Notes: a model not told the origin generated them from the letters alone. A stretch of 64,000 nt of DNA from Camelus ferus (GCF_009834535.1 NC_045697.1:52702001-52766000); one strand, 5' to 3'. Shown: positions 1-14,347, counted from the stretch's first letter. Program-made: numbers and translations.

Positions 1-261
1 TAATAGAAATTTAGACAAGGATGGATCATGATAATTTTATAAATGTCACTGCAGCTTGGGAGTATTTTCCTCACATCATTCATATGGGCTTATTATATAC
101 AGACACCCCACACTCTTTGACAAGTTCACTTGGTCATTCAACAAATGTTTAAGGGTATAATAGTACATGTGTACAACAGGTATAGGGACAACACAAAGGC
201 CCTGTCCACACAGATCTTATATTTTTGTTAGCAAAGGAAGCAATAAACAAAAAACAAAAAC

Positions 262-428
262 ACTTTACATATATATCTTATTTAATCTTGGAAACAACTC
301 CATGAGTTAGAATTTATCATTCTTTTACAGAAGAGACATGGGGTGTCAAATAACTTATCCAAGGTCAGACAGCTACCAAGTAGCACAGCCGAAATTTTAA
401 TTTAGGTCTGTCAGACTATAAAGCCCAT
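262..428 (-). mobile_element. MIR SINE relic (similar relics at ~900-1060, 1220-1345, 5810-6040, 24935-25135, 32590-32720, 46515-46695, 62820-62990)
   Basis: MIR core motifs such as TAACTTATCCAAGGTCAGACAGCTA, and CCTCAGTTTTCTCATCTATAAAA in the plus-strand copies. Confidence 0.65.
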
Positions 429-1826
429 GTCCAATGTCAGTCATCCCACTCCACTGCTGAAACTTTCCATTTCCCTGAACAACAAAGGTTGCTGGAGGCT
501 TCTTTGATACATGGTCATTCCTGAAACGTGCCCAAGATTAGACAAGTGATTCTCATGCTTTTTGCTTCCACAAGCTAGGTCGCAGGCTCTTTCTTAATCC
601 TGCAGTATTCTTTCTTCCAGCTGCATTGCTTTTAACTGTGATTATTTAGTCTCCATCTCAAATATATATCCATGGGTTCCATTCTATGCAATTCCCTTCT
701 CTGCTTTAACATCTTCATTAAATTCTCCATTCATTTTCCTCATTCACCAAAACAGTTGCTAATTAGTAGTACTATACTCTCCTCCAAAAGTATGGCTCTA
801 ATGGGCTATGTGGCAAGTGTGCTATATTGGAAGTGTTACTGTATTTGGATCTACACATATTACCAGTAGCTCTATCATCAAGCAGTTAAGTGCCTGGCTC
901 TTTTCTACATTATCTCATTTCATTCTTTCAATAACACTGCAAATTATTAAAGAGTTCCTATTTTATAGATGAGGAATTGAGGTTCAGAGGGGCTGAATTA
1001 ATTGCCCATGGCCAGGATATAGTAAATTTACCTCTTCACGTGTGCTTCCTACCATACCATGCTGTCTCCCACCTAAAACTGCAGAAATCACAGAAATACG
1101 GATTTGAAAGGACTCCCAAGGATCTTTTACAAGATTCCTTCCCGTGTAGGCATCATTTCTACAGAATCCTTTCCAGTGATCCAGTCTCTTACAGAAATAC
1201 TGGCTTTATCATATGCAAATTGTGACCTCTGTAAGCCTCAGTTTTCTCATCTATAAAAGTGAGTGCTACTATTTATCTCACAAGGTTATTGTGAGGATTA
1301 AATGATAAAGTATGTGAAGGTCCTTTGCAAATAATAAAGCTCCTTATAAATGTTCCGAGCTTTCTTTACAAGTTAAGTTAGGCCTGTAAGACAAAATACT
1401 ATGTTTGAATTTAAGTCATTGTAAATGGATTCTCTATAATATCTCTCTGACTTCATAATCAGAAATATAAAGGGAGCAATATAGCCACAATTTTTTCAAG
1501 TAGGCAAAATTATTTTACATTACTACTAGACCCAAGACTAAGCTTACAGTATAAGTTTTTCTCAAACTCTTTTGGAGATAGAGAAGAATATCACCTTTGG
1601 AATGGCAATGAGAAAGTGAATTTCATCTAATATGGGCAGTTGTGTAAAATAATTAACATGGCTTGCAATATGATAGGCTTTAAATAAATTTTCTAATATA
1701 ATTCTATTAGAATTTGTGCACATATTAAAAATACCAATACAACTATAATAATAAACATTTATTGAGCACTTACTTAATATTTGGTAACTCATTTAATAAA
1801 ATTCTTCAATTATAGTATAATAGTAA

Positions 1827-1866
1827 TTTGACAATTAAAGGAAAGTTTGACAATTAAAGGAAAGTT
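1827..1866. repeat. Perfect 19-bp tandem duplication
   Basis: TTTGACAATTAAAGGAAAG occurs twice in tandem. Confidence 0.9.
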
Positions 1867-4800
1867 AGTGTAGAAAGCTAATAAAATAATAATATAGACA
1901 AAAGAAAAACTACATAACATATGTAACCTGACTTTTACTAGAGCTTTTGATAAATTATTATACTCAACAATAGAAATGTTTCAGAATACTTTATAGAAAC
2001 TACAGATAAAATAGGTTGAGTTTTATTATCTACAAAATGCCCCAATGTGTGCTCATTTAAAACTGATTCATGGGTATAATATTATGTCCCTTTATCCAAG
2101 TAAATGGAAAATTAGATATCTCTACTAATCTTCTATTTCATTAGCTTTCAAATTCACCTTACTGCATTAATCTTAAAGTCATTTCCCAGATTGTTCCTAT
2201 GCTTCTTTCCTTGACATTCATATTGTTTCCCTTACTTTTCCAAGGATTTTATTCTACAAGGCCATAAAAATTTATAAGCATATACATATTTGTGTGTATA
2301 TGTATATGTATGCACAGTATTTGCATCTTTTTCTAAACTATTGTCTCTTGATAATGAATAAAAATCAAATCAGGACAGAAAGCGCATACCTCCCTCACCC
2401 CCTATTAAGGCAGAAAGGTGGAAATACATTGTGTATTTTGTTGCATAAGCCCATCTCACTAAATGAAAACACTTATTGCTTTACTTACAGCCAGCGTCCT
2501 TCAAATTGCTTGTGGTGATACGCTTTTTCAGCAATGATGACTGGAAAATCAAAGAAATTCAGTTTTCCACCTTCTAAGCTTCTTTTATCTCTGAATGATG
2601 CAGGCTCAAGAGTTGCCAAATGAGATGGGCAAAGGCAGCCAGATAGGGCTTCCTAGCCAATCTAAAAATAGCAGGTGGTGGTGGGCAGATATACCATTTC
2701 TCTCTTGTTCTTTTTCTTTTTCTTCTAAGAGCTAGGTACCATAAACATGGCTTGTTCAAAATTAAAACAGTACAGAAAGAATTATGTTCTCTCTTGCCCT
2801 AAGATCTGGACATGTGGTCAGTTAGAAAAATTTGTATGTTTTGCTAACAAGAAAGATGTAAAATTTAAGGCAAAACTATATTCTGCATTTCTTACAGCTA
2901 GGTTCACATACCCAATTTCCATTTATTCTGAAAGGAAATCTGACCGTAACTTGTTGGAATCAAGAACTGCCTTTGTTTTTATTTTTTCTTTCCTGAGCTC
3001 CTTAAATAATAACTATTAACGTTTATATGTTTTATAATTTAAGAGGTCCGTTCACAGATTTTATTGGCACCTTACAACAAGCCTGTGCCTTGGAGAGGCC
3101 CTAGCATTACAATTTGGAAAATAAGACAGAGGCTCACAGAAGTTGAAGCTTGCCCAAGGCCATCCAGATAAAGAGTGTCTTCAAATTCCACATTCATCAC
3201 ACACACACTCTCCCTGAAGATTCCAACATAAAATGGCATTTAAGGATTTAACTTTTAAAGTTTCACACACGTTTGTAAGCATGTAAAATGTTTTATGGAG
3301 AAAATGTTACAATAAATTTTCTTGGATTAGAGGTCCTTTACAAATGCAAAAGTTGCACAAAATGTGAAAATATGAATTTACTAATCATATTCACTATATA
3401 ATGATAACTTCTTTAAAGAAGTTCATTTTTTCAAAATTATTATTCATTTAACAAAATAAATTAAATAAGGATTTACCATGGATATTTAAGTTCTCTTTGA
3501 AGGTGGGAGCAAAGAAACTCACAGCTTAGCAGGAAATACTAATGTGTAATTAGTTATCTCTCAGTGGTATGATTACAGATATTTTTTCTTCTCTTAATTT
3601 CTGTACATTTCAAACTTTAAAGAGCCAAGAAATTATGAGTTTAACTGCACTTTCAAAGATAACTTAGATGTAAGAAAATTTTTTACAATATACTTTAAGG
3701 GGAAAAAAAAGCAAGACAGAACATTGAATCTATCATGTGGTCTCAGTCTGGTGAAAGAAAAATGTTTCTTTATAGATGCAAGTACGTAAAACTGGAAGAC
3801 GATATAGTCTGCTAGGACAGTGATACCTCTGAATGATGGGATCCAGGGATTATCTTATTTTAACATTTCTGCAATCTCCAAATTGTTTTAATGGGCATGT
3901 TGTACTTTTATAACTCAAAGAAAAATGTTTAGGCTTACTGTCACTGCCAACTGGAAATCAAGTGGAGTTTAAAAAAAATTATCTCAAATTACAAATCACT
4001 GGAAAAACGTTAATATATCTAAATTCTAATTTATAGAACTTTCAGCTTGTGCCCATTAAGTTGGGTACAAGTATCTCTCACTAAACATGAAAGTCAGTAA
4101 ATTTTGCTGATAATCCAATCTTAGTCTAAAAAACTCTGTATTATTACAGTAATATTTTCAATGTGGAATTCAGGATTTTGGTTTCTGAATATAAACAAAA
4201 GCCCTCTAAAGATTACAAATGTATACAAATGTAGAAATTAGGTCTATATCTATGCATACGTGCAACCTATGAGGATTTATATACAGTGAACTGGTGGGCA
4301 GGGATGAGGTAAGATTTCTAGCAGACTATACTTTTTTCTTTATAATCTTCTAGATTGTTTAATTTTCTATACTAAATATTGCTCTAGGACCCATGAAATT
4401 AGAAATGCCTCCCCTCTTTCTTTTACCTTGATTACTTTGTTTGCAATAAAATAGAAATTGCAGAACACCAAGACTAGTCAAGGGTTTCATTCACTTCCTT
4501 TTTGGTCCCTATTAAATAATACCCTGTATTACCTAGGAATTACCTGCACTACTCCACCAAAAAAAGACAGCATTCTTTAATGTCTGAATAATCCTGGGGT
4601 TCTGACCAACTATGGGACCAACACAGGAGTTTTGCCTCTAGCCTATAGCCATTCACTCATAGGAACATCTGGGTAACAGTTTGGGTGTGGGTGGAGGGGA
4701 ACAGAGCATTCTGCCCTTTATCACTTCCCCAGGGCAGAAATACTAGATTCCTAACACTAATAATATTCTTTTACTCAAATAAGAAAAGAATAATAGATTT

Positions 4801-5201
4801 CTTCCTAACCTTAACAAAAATAGAAGGAGCAAGGCAATTTCTAAACAGACTTCAAAGATAATTTATAGGCATTAAGAGGTCTCTTCATTGCAACCTATCT
4901 TCTAGAAAGGGGTACAAAGATCCTTATGCATCTTGCTTAAAAACAATAGATAAAATATGGCCAATTAATCTCATCTACTTCCCAAGAGAAGGAAGGTCTC
5001 TTGATGTTAGAAGTATCAAGCATCAAATTCTCATGAGTTTTCCATAACAAATATTTATTATTTTTATAATCTGAAAATAATGCTACTTTATTTCAAAATT
5101 AGCAGGATTCTAGTCACAAATGAGAAATTATAATTTCCTGAAATACTAGTGGAGATACCAAAAATGTTTATATTCTGCACCACCCAAAACATAAAAGTAC
5201 A

Positions 5202-5315
5202 GTGCTCGCTTCGGCAGCACATGTACTAAAACTGGAATGATACAGAGATGAGCGTGGTCCCTGCACAAGGATGACATGCACATTCATGAAGTGTTCTATA
5301 TCTAAAAAAAATTAA
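5202..5315 (+). pseudogene. U6 snRNA retropseudogene
   Basis: GTGCTCGCTTCGGCAGCACATGTACTAAAACTGGAATGATACAGAGA...GGATGACATGCACATTCATGAAGTGTTCTATAT matches nearly all of U6 with many substitutions. A-rich tail; TSD ATAAAAGTACA at 5191-5201 and 5316-5326. Confidence 0.93.
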
Positions 5316-8300
5316 ATAAAAGTACAGAAAATAAAAATAAAGGAAAATGCTAAGAACTTGGATAGCAACCTAATTTTCTTTATGTAGCTTCAAATTCCCT
5401 CAAGGGGAAGAGTAATTCCTAACAACTTACATGTTCCTTCATCAGTCTGGAATGCAGTAGGAAGTCAATAAATATTTGCTGAATGAATAAATTTAATAGT
5501 AAATGAATTGCCTAATTTAAAACTTTTATGCCAAAGACCTTCTCCCAAGAATCTCAACCATCACTCCAGTCCCAGTCACCAGAGGTAACCACAGTGAAGT
5601 ATGGTGAATCTGTCTCCACACAAACATACACGCACCAGGGAGGGAGAAGGGGGAGATACATACCATAACTATTTCCACTTAAACAATACAGTGAATATCC
5701 TACTATAGTTTCACTTCATTCATTCTTCTTTAAATAACTGCACAAACTTAACAGTTTTCCAGATGCTTTCAGCAACTAAGATATTGAATGAAAGGAAATA
5801 AAAGTACTAATAGTAATGGCTAACATGTATTGAGCACTGTTCTAAATGCTTTATATATACTACACTTTAAAACTGTGCAACTTTCTATGTAGGTAGTATT
5901 ACATCTAGCCCTCTTACAAAGAAATTAACAAGTATTACTTGCCCAAGATTATAATCACTTGCCTAAAGTTAGACAATAAGTGGCAGGGCTAGGATTTGAA
6001 GCCAGCTGTCTGTCTTGTGAGCCTGTGTTCTTAATCAGTATTGCCTCTGTGATGTTAAACCACTAAAGATAAATTCTCACTTAACTGCTGGCTGATGTAA
6101 ACACAGTAAGATACAATGTCTGGGTATGTTTTAACTACACCAGAACCTTCTACACAAAGTAGTGCATTCAAAGTAACCATACCAAGAGGTTATATGTTCA
6201 GTTTAGAGTCTGCCATTAGTCAAAAACACTTGAATTAGTAAAAAAAAATATGAATTTCCCTCACATATATTTCATAAGCTGAACAAAAAAAAGGATCTAA
6301 GTGCCTATTGTTACCTTTTTTTATAGCCAAAAACAGCTTTTTTCAACTTTTACTACCCATTTTGTTCTTAAGAATTGTCACTAAATGATTTACTGTCATT
6401 AAAAAAAAAAACTATATCCAGTCAAGCACAAAAAAAGAACTTGACTCAACATTGGAGAAATAGATGACTCAGACTCTAAACTCGGGTCCAAGGGTACAAG
6501 TGTTTTGAATAATGGCAGAATCTTTGGAATAAGTATAGTCTTTCAAGATAACCATTCTGAAGAGGGCAATATTCAATTGCCTGTTTAAGGTCAATCTGTT
6601 AAAAGTTAGTTAACAGGTTTCATTCACTTACTAATCTAGCAACCAGTTCTTGTCAACCACCAACACAACAGTAACTTACGGCCATACTGTCCACGCTATC
6701 CCCAAGCCAGTGGTTTAACAGCTAGTATTTTAAGCACAGTATAACATACCAAAGTCGTGTTGCTGAGCCAAGTGAAAGCATAAATTGTTTCATAACATTA
6801 GCCAATTTCCTAATTTACTCTTCTAACATAAAGGGAGTCCACTCCAGCTGACAGTAACAGCAAGAACAAAACAGTAGCTTTAGGAGATGCTTCACCTTTG
6901 ACTGAATCTTATTAGTTTAAACAAAGGATAACAGTAACAACAGTGCACACACACATGTATATCACCAAAACACCAGCATCACCACCACCATTGTGAAGTG
7001 ACGTCAAGTGACATGAAAAGGTGGTATGTTTCGGAAGATGGGTCAATTGAAGAACAGGTTTCACCTACCTCTGTTACTGAATCACTTTTTAGATCACAGT
7101 TTTGTTAAGTAAAACTTTCTTCTTGGAAAAATAATCATCTGAGCTCCATGTAGTTTCGTAGAGTAGAAATACTAACTGTAAGTTTCTTTGTATACATAAT
7201 TGCTAAGTAAATGGCAAACAGTTTTGCAAAATAGCTTCTGATACAAAGTCTAAAGAGTGAACATTAGAAAATTAAATTTCCTGGCAACCTGTTAGGCATA
7301 ATTATCTAACCGAGTACTATCCCATAAAAAACCCCAATTGGTATTATTCAATCTAATACTTAGTGAAGCAGCTGGGAGTTGTGTACCAGACTTTCTTAAA
7401 GTAAGAGAATTCTAAAAACACTGCCTTTTTGATTGCCTATATTTAATCCAACAGCTCATTTTCTTCTTCCCCCCACATCTGTATACATACAATCTCACTC
7501 AATAAAGTTTTTATTAATCTATTAATGCTTTTGCTCTGGCAGTGCAAAAGACCTCTCATCAGCTCTTATCCTTCTTAGCCACTCACCATCAAGATAATGA
7601 TGCCTGGATTACAGCCAAAGCAGAGGAGAGAACCAAGTATATAATGACCTCATGTGGCAAAGGACTACAACTACTGATTTAAGTATGAAATCATCATGGA
7701 CTTAAGCTACTTTCGTTATTAGATTTTTATTTTCAAATTGCTACTTTAAATGGGGATTAAATACTGCCCAGTTAGGGAAGAAGAGAAAAATGACCTTAGA
7801 TATAAAGAGCAGAGGTAAAAATAAAACAAACTAAAACAAAATGAACCCCATCACTAGAAAGTCATAATATTTGGGTTCTTTTTTCAGCTTTAATTTTTTG
7901 TGGAATCTTGAGAAATTCCTTAGGTTCTCACATCAGTAAAATGGTGATAAATTCTGTCTACAACAGACTCCAAGGTTAAAATAGTTATGAAAGGATTTTA
8001 ATATCTAGTATTTATGTGTACTTTTATTCTATTTATGGTACTTACTGTTCTATATCTAAAACGTTTTTAAGCTCATTATAAAACTATACCAAAAACTAAA
8101 ATACTGTTACCTACTTTGACTTCTAATTATCACCTTTTATTCTAGTGCAATGGATACTGATTGGTATAGTACTTATTTTATTCCACACCTAGAACTAAAA
8201 TTAAACAAATTCAAAGAGTAGCCATACTGCTAGTAATCTTTTTTGAGGATAGTCTTAATTCTTAAAAGAAACACTTTATCAATTCAAAATCTGCCAAACC

Positions 8301-9520
8301 AGAACTTGGTGTTAATATTTTGTGAAATCTTTGAACCAAATCCAAATCTTCAATGACAGAAAATATTCTGAGAATATCAATATCATATTAAGAATTTATA
8401 CCTCATTAAGCATACAATTACAGAGCTGTAGTCACAATAATCTTTAAAAAGCTAGGGGAAAGGGAGTAGGCAAAACTGAATCAAATTCAAATTACATACC
8501 TATCCCTCAATTAATGTCTTTTATTCCTGAAAGCACTGTCACTAAGTAAAAAGCTTTAAATAAAATTTTCCATTCATTTTAATAGGGCACATTATATTAT
8601 ACTCTAGGATACAAAAAAAGTATCAACTGAATAATAGAAGTTTATAAGTAACACACAATATAGACTGTGCATAAAATATATTCTAAACAAGGTTTATTGT
8701 ACTTGCCCAGGAAGAAAACTTGATAGTTGGTGATGGTGGGGTGAAATAAAGAAATCATTCTTTGGAAGGTAAATTCTGCTTTCTGCACCATTTCCCCCCA
8801 CCAATTTTCCATCCTTTTGGGAACTAATGCGTTCAAACTCTACTTAAAATTAAGTTATAACACATGAAAACACCTCTAGGCAACTTTAGAACACATGAAA
8901 ATGGCATCTGCACATAACAGACCAGAGTTCTAGAAGATTTAACCTTTTCATCCTCTCATTTGACATACTTAATCAAAGCAAAATAGCCAGATACACAATT
9001 CAAATGTCTTCAAAATGATAATCTCTGTGTAGGAAGTGTCAAGTAAATTATTGTTTTTGTCTGAGATGACAATGTTTAAATATTGTTCTTGGTTGCAAAC
9101 TTGTTTAGTGTATTTTGAAGTGGGAAGAGCCTTTCTATCCAAGGAGAAAAATAGGTGATTGTCTGAAAAATGATATAATCATTTAAGAGATATTATGATA
9201 GAAAGTTATTAACTGAACAGCTCTTATGAGTGAAGACTGTATTTAAACATTTTTGGCATTACTAATCTCAGTACTAATACATTTTATAATTAATGACAAC
9301 ATTCCAAGGAACTACACAGAATAAGGAAAAAAATGAATTATATCAAATGTGCCTTCATTTTCAATATTCAACTATCTAACTGAAGATGAGAAAAAATGAC
9401 TGTATTATACAAATAAATTATTAAAAGAAAAATCTTATTAGGATAGCTTCAGAAAGCACCCAAAATATTATTAAACCTAAGTAGCTCATGCTTCTAGGAA
9501 ATGCAAAATTACTCAACTTT

Positions 9521-11060
9521 AAGACTTAATATGGAGCTACAGTAATCAAGACTGTGGCATTGGCAAAAGAATAGACAAATAGATCAATAAAACAAAATAG
9601 AGAGCCTAGAAATAGACCCACATAATTATAGTCAACTGATCTCCAACAAAGGAGCAAAGGCAATTTAATTAAGCAAAGATAGTCTTTCAACAAATGGTGC
9701 TGGAACAACTGGATCTCTTTGTGCAAAAAAAATGAATCCAGATGCAATCCTTACATCCTTCAAAAAAATTAACTAAAAATGGATCGTAAATCTAAACATA
9801 AAACACATAATTGTAAAACTCCTAGAGGATAACAGGAGAAAACCTAGATGACCTTAGGTATGTAATGCTTTAGATACAACACAAGCTATGATCCATGAAA
9901 GAAATAACTGATAAGCTCGATGTTATTATAATTAAAACATCTGCTTTACAAAAGACAGTATCAAGAGAATATGACAAACCACAGATAGAAAAAACATTTG
10001 CAAAGACACATTTAATAAAGGACTAATACCCAAAACATACAAAGAACTCTTAAGATTCAGTATTAAGAAAATGAACCCAATTGAAAAACATGCAAGAGAC
10101 CTTAATGGATACCTCACTAAAGAAGATACACAGATGGCAAGTAAGCATAGGAAAATATAGTTAACATCATATGTCTTTAGGGAATTACAAATTCAAAGAA
10201 GATTCAACCACATACCTATTAGAATGGCTAAAATCCAGACCACTGACAACAAATGCTGGTAAGTATGTGGAGCAACAGGAACTCTTATTGGTAGAAAGGC
10301 AAAATGATACAACCATTTTGGTAGACAGTTTGGCAATTTCTCAGAAACCTAAACATACTCTTAACATATGATCCAGCATTTCCGCTCCTTAGTAGTTATA
10401 CAAATGAACTGAAAACTTATATCCATACAAAAACCTGTACACAGTTGTTTATAGTAGCTTTATTCATAATTGCCAAAACTTGAAAGCAACCAAGATGTCC
10501 CTCAGTAGGTGAGTGGATAAACTGTGGTATAACCAGACAACAGAATATTCTTTCAGTGCTAAAGAGACATGATCACCAAGCCACAAAGACATAGAGGAAA
10601 TTAAGTGCAAGTTGCTAAGTAAAAGAAGCCACTGAAAGAGCTCCCTACTGAATTCCAACTCTATGACATCCTTGGAAAGGAGAAACTATGGAGACAATAA
10701 AAAGATTAGTGATTGGCAGAGATTAGGGGGAAGGGAGGGATGAACAGAATACAGAGGATTTTCAGGGCAGTTAAACTATAATGGTGGTGACATGTCATTA
10801 TTCATTTGTCAAAACCCATAGAAGATACAACACTGAGTAAATCCTAATGCAAACTATGGACTTTGAGTGATAATGATGTGTCAATATATGTTCACTGAAT
10901 ACAACGAATGTACCACTCTGGTCGGGGATGCTGATCATTGGAGGAGGCTGTGCAAGTGTTGGGGCTGAAAGTACATGGGAATTCTGTACTTTCCACTCAG
11001 CTTTGTTGTGAACCTAAAATTTCTAAAAAAAAATAAATAAATAAGCTCTATTAAAAATAA
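9521..11060 (+). mobile_element. Old L1 fragment (ORF2 3' part and 3' UTR, L1M-type)
   Basis: Degenerate ORF2 C-terminal motifs (TCTTTCAACAAATGGTGCTGGAACAACTGG; GATCCAGCA; CAAGATGTCC) and an A-rich end. Confidence 0.85.
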
Positions 11061-11799
11061 GTTCTGTAGTTTAATTAATAGCAGTGTACCAAAGTCAATT
11101 TCCTAGACATGATAATATACCATAGTTAAGTAAAACGTTATCATGGGGGTACACAGAAAGTCTAATAATTTTGTAACTTTTTGTGAGTCTAAAATTATTT
11201 CCAAAAAAAAATTTTTTTTAAAGAGTAGTAACATTTTTTCAAATGAGGAAGGCTATTACCTACCAGGATTTGTAAAAACTTTAAGAAACTTTTCTAGCAT
11301 TTTTCTGGAGATAATGAGATTTACACCTTTATGTGAAAAACACTTTGGGACTCCTTGTCCTTTAAAATATCACAGACCTAATTTACCAAGACCTAGGGGC
11401 TTGGTAAACAGTGCTCTAAGTTTTGGGCATAGAAGATGAAAAAACTCTGAATGAAGGTATAAGCCTTGTACAACTAATTACCTTTTAGAAGAGTAAACTA
11501 TAAAAAGTAGAACATATACTTTGATGGGAGATGATCTGATATGGGAGACAGGATCCAAAAGATAATGCGCACCATCTGGCTCAATACCCTTACGCCCAAA
11601 ATAAAAGTGGTAAAGCTTTTATTTTGAGTTATGACAAATAATACATTTTTTAGCTTTTCAATTTTACAGATCTAAAAAGTCATTAAGCTAACCATTTTTA
11701 AAGTTTATAGAAAAATCTCTGAAATATGTCTCCACTTAAAATAAAACCAATGTCAATTTATATAAACCATTGTCAACATTTTTATAGTCATAATTTTCT

Positions 11800-13732
11800 T
11801 CAAAAGTAGAATAAATTTTATTTCTAAAAAAGATACAATCATTTCAATGAGTGTAGCTCCATTAGAGTTCATATGATTTATACTTATTTATTAAGCAAAT
11901 ATTTAATTTAGCAAACAAACTCATTTATGTCAAACAAAAACAAACCCATACAATATCATGAGACAATTCAAATATTCATGGCAATTACAGATTTGAAACC
12001 AAGTCTCTCTCTCAAAGATGAGTGCATCTAGACTGTGTAATTTGATAAATCATCATCTTTGAATATTAAGAAACCAAAAACAAAAGATGACATTTTAAAA
12101 AGGAAAATTATAGTTTCAAAGTAAAAGTAACTCTTCCTCTCATTTCAAAACCATAGAATTTTTCTAAAATGTCAAGCAGAAAGGTTAAATACAAACACAC
12201 TGCACATTTTTACTAAATAAAGTTGAAAAAAATCTATACTTACATACCTAAATCTATATATACATACCTGAAATGAATCCACACATTTTTAAAAATTACA
12301 ACTATTGTACCCCTTGTCTTCTTTATTAACATGTGTATTCTCTAATATATAATCAACAAAAAATGATTTTGCTTTCAAGATGTGTAACATAAAGCAAGAT
12401 CATTTTTATCAGTAATTTCTCTTAGAAGGGGGAAAACTGACAGTATAACACAACAGAGAAGAAAGCAAACTATAAACTGAAGAGTGATTATGATGTTTTC
12501 AAAGTAGAAATGTGTGACTTTTACTTACTTGTAAATAAAACTTTAAAATAGCAGGTTGCCTAACTACTCCAGACAGTCGGGAAAGTAGGATAAGGCAGGA
12601 AGCAGGAGTTAGTTCTAACTAAACAGACTCAATTGCTAAGAAGATACTGTCTTCAGTTTCCCTTTTGACTTCTTACCAAGCGTAAAGGTGAAGAAAGACT
12701 ACTTATTCCCAGTAGAGGGTCAATAAAGAATAACACGGAAAAACTAATCCCTCACTATGTCCTATTAACATTTTGCCTATAAAAATGGGAAGAAATTCAG
12801 GGAAAACTATTCTTCCACCTCAAATGATTTAAAGGCAATCATAGCTTAAATCAACCTTTTAAGTATTGTTTCCAAAAGAATGGTCTGAGAAGGGAAAAAG
12901 CAAGTAGCTATTTTAAGTTCCAAAGAAACTGAATCTCTATGCTCATGTAATAATCTTCAGTTATCTTTTAAGTATAGAAACATTTCTACTTTAACCCTCC
13001 AAAATCCCATGCAAAAAGATGAAGTCTCACCCACACCACAGCTGTAGAAACAAAGGCAGGAAAAAGATTAAATGACTTATAAGTGATGCCATTAAAAACT
13101 GGGAACAAAGTCTAACCTCCTCTACAAATATGTTATATTAATAACTATCAATGAAGTGATTAAATACTAAACATGGTCTTATCTTCCACATAAACTACAG
13201 TGGAAGGGAAGACACCTGATCAAAAGTGTTTAAAATAAAACCTCATAATCCTTTTTCTAAGGATTCCTTAAATTCCACTTTTCAATTTTTAATAGGTGTA
13301 CTAATTTACACAGGATACATTACCACTTACTATGTAACATTAAAGTCTGCAATTAAGAAACTGGTCAGCGAGACAAGAAGCACCAGGAATAAAACGTCAA
13401 CCCGCTGAGGAGGAGAACAGAGGGGAAAGACAGAAGGCGGCTGGGTCTTTCATAATGTAGCTTAGCTACTATAGTGATTCTGGAACCATCTACCTCCAGA
13501 CTTCCTGTTGTAAAGAATAATTAAATGTCTTTGTTTTTTCAAACCCGCAAAAAAGAAAAAAAAAAACTGGTTATAAAGTTTTGTATTGAAGTCATCAAAA
13601 AAAATTTTCTTTTTTAACAAAAACAGTTAAAAACTTGGGTTTTCTAGAGAGAGCTGTGTAAATACGGAGCTATGAAGATACACAAAGCTGAAGTATCTGG
13701 AATCATTTGGCTGCCTGTAGTCTTCAGCAAGA
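11800..13732 (-). other. DCK: DCK 3' UTR (approximate end)
   Basis: AU-rich sequence after the TGA. Minus-strand AATAAA candidates at 12322-12327, 11887-11892 and 11817-11822. The end position is inferred. Confidence 0.6.
13366..13560 (+). mobile_element. Retroposed polyadenylated fragment with MaLR (MLT1)-like 3' end, inside the DCK 3' UTR
   Basis: ATTAAA at 13520-13525, A-tail from ~13549, TSD AAGAAACTGGT (13355-13365) / AAAAAACTGGT (13561-13571) after TT. Confidence 0.7.
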
Positions 13733-13759
13733 TCACAAAGTGCTCAAAAATTCTTTTAC
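13733..13759 (-). CDS. DCK: Deoxycytidine kinase, exon 7 coding part (27 nt)
   Basis: CAG acceptor; encodes VKEFLSTL*. The seven exons sum to 783 nt = 260 aa plus stop, with consistent phases. Confidence 0.97.
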   Translation of the reverse strand, partial: VKEFLSTL

Positions 13760-14269
13760 CTGAGGAGAGGAAAAAATGTTAATATAACTCATTGGCTAAT
13801 TTGAGGTATCTAATATTCATCTTCTTTTAAAAGTATCTAACAGCTGAAGAATCACACTTTTATAAGTTAACACTATCACAAAGCCAGAGCATTTACTTTC
13901 AGAGGAAATATTAACATTTCAATAGTAAAAGATGACTAACCTAAAATGCCATTACAGGAGTTATTAAATCTGCATCTAAGATTGATACAGTTCTAAACAG
14001 CCATAACACTAATTTTGTTATCTCTTTATAATATTAGAGGCCACAGACATGTACAGCTTTAGCATTGATAACATTAATATCTGCAATGAGTTAAATAACT
14101 CCAAAGGTCCTGATTGTGTATGTAATCTATATAATAGATTTATAATTTTTCTGAAGCACAGATCTGAATCATATATACGTGTTGTAATATTAATGTGTGA
14201 GGAAAGGTCATAAGCAGTGAATGAACTTAGCCAACTGATCAACATCACAATACAAGATACTATTGTCAA

Positions 14270-14347
14270 GGGAGTGGTATAGCTCAGTGGTAGAGCGCAT
14301 GCTTAGCATGCCCAAGGTCCTGGGTTCAATCCCCAGTACCTCCATTA

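Noticed and set aside
14270..14344. tRNA-Ala(AGC)-like cloverleaf (also at 16273, 17004, 27367, 56731)
   Set aside because: Imperfect acceptor stem, shared non-tRNA tail, A-rich end and TSDs mark these as SINEs rather than tRNA genes.
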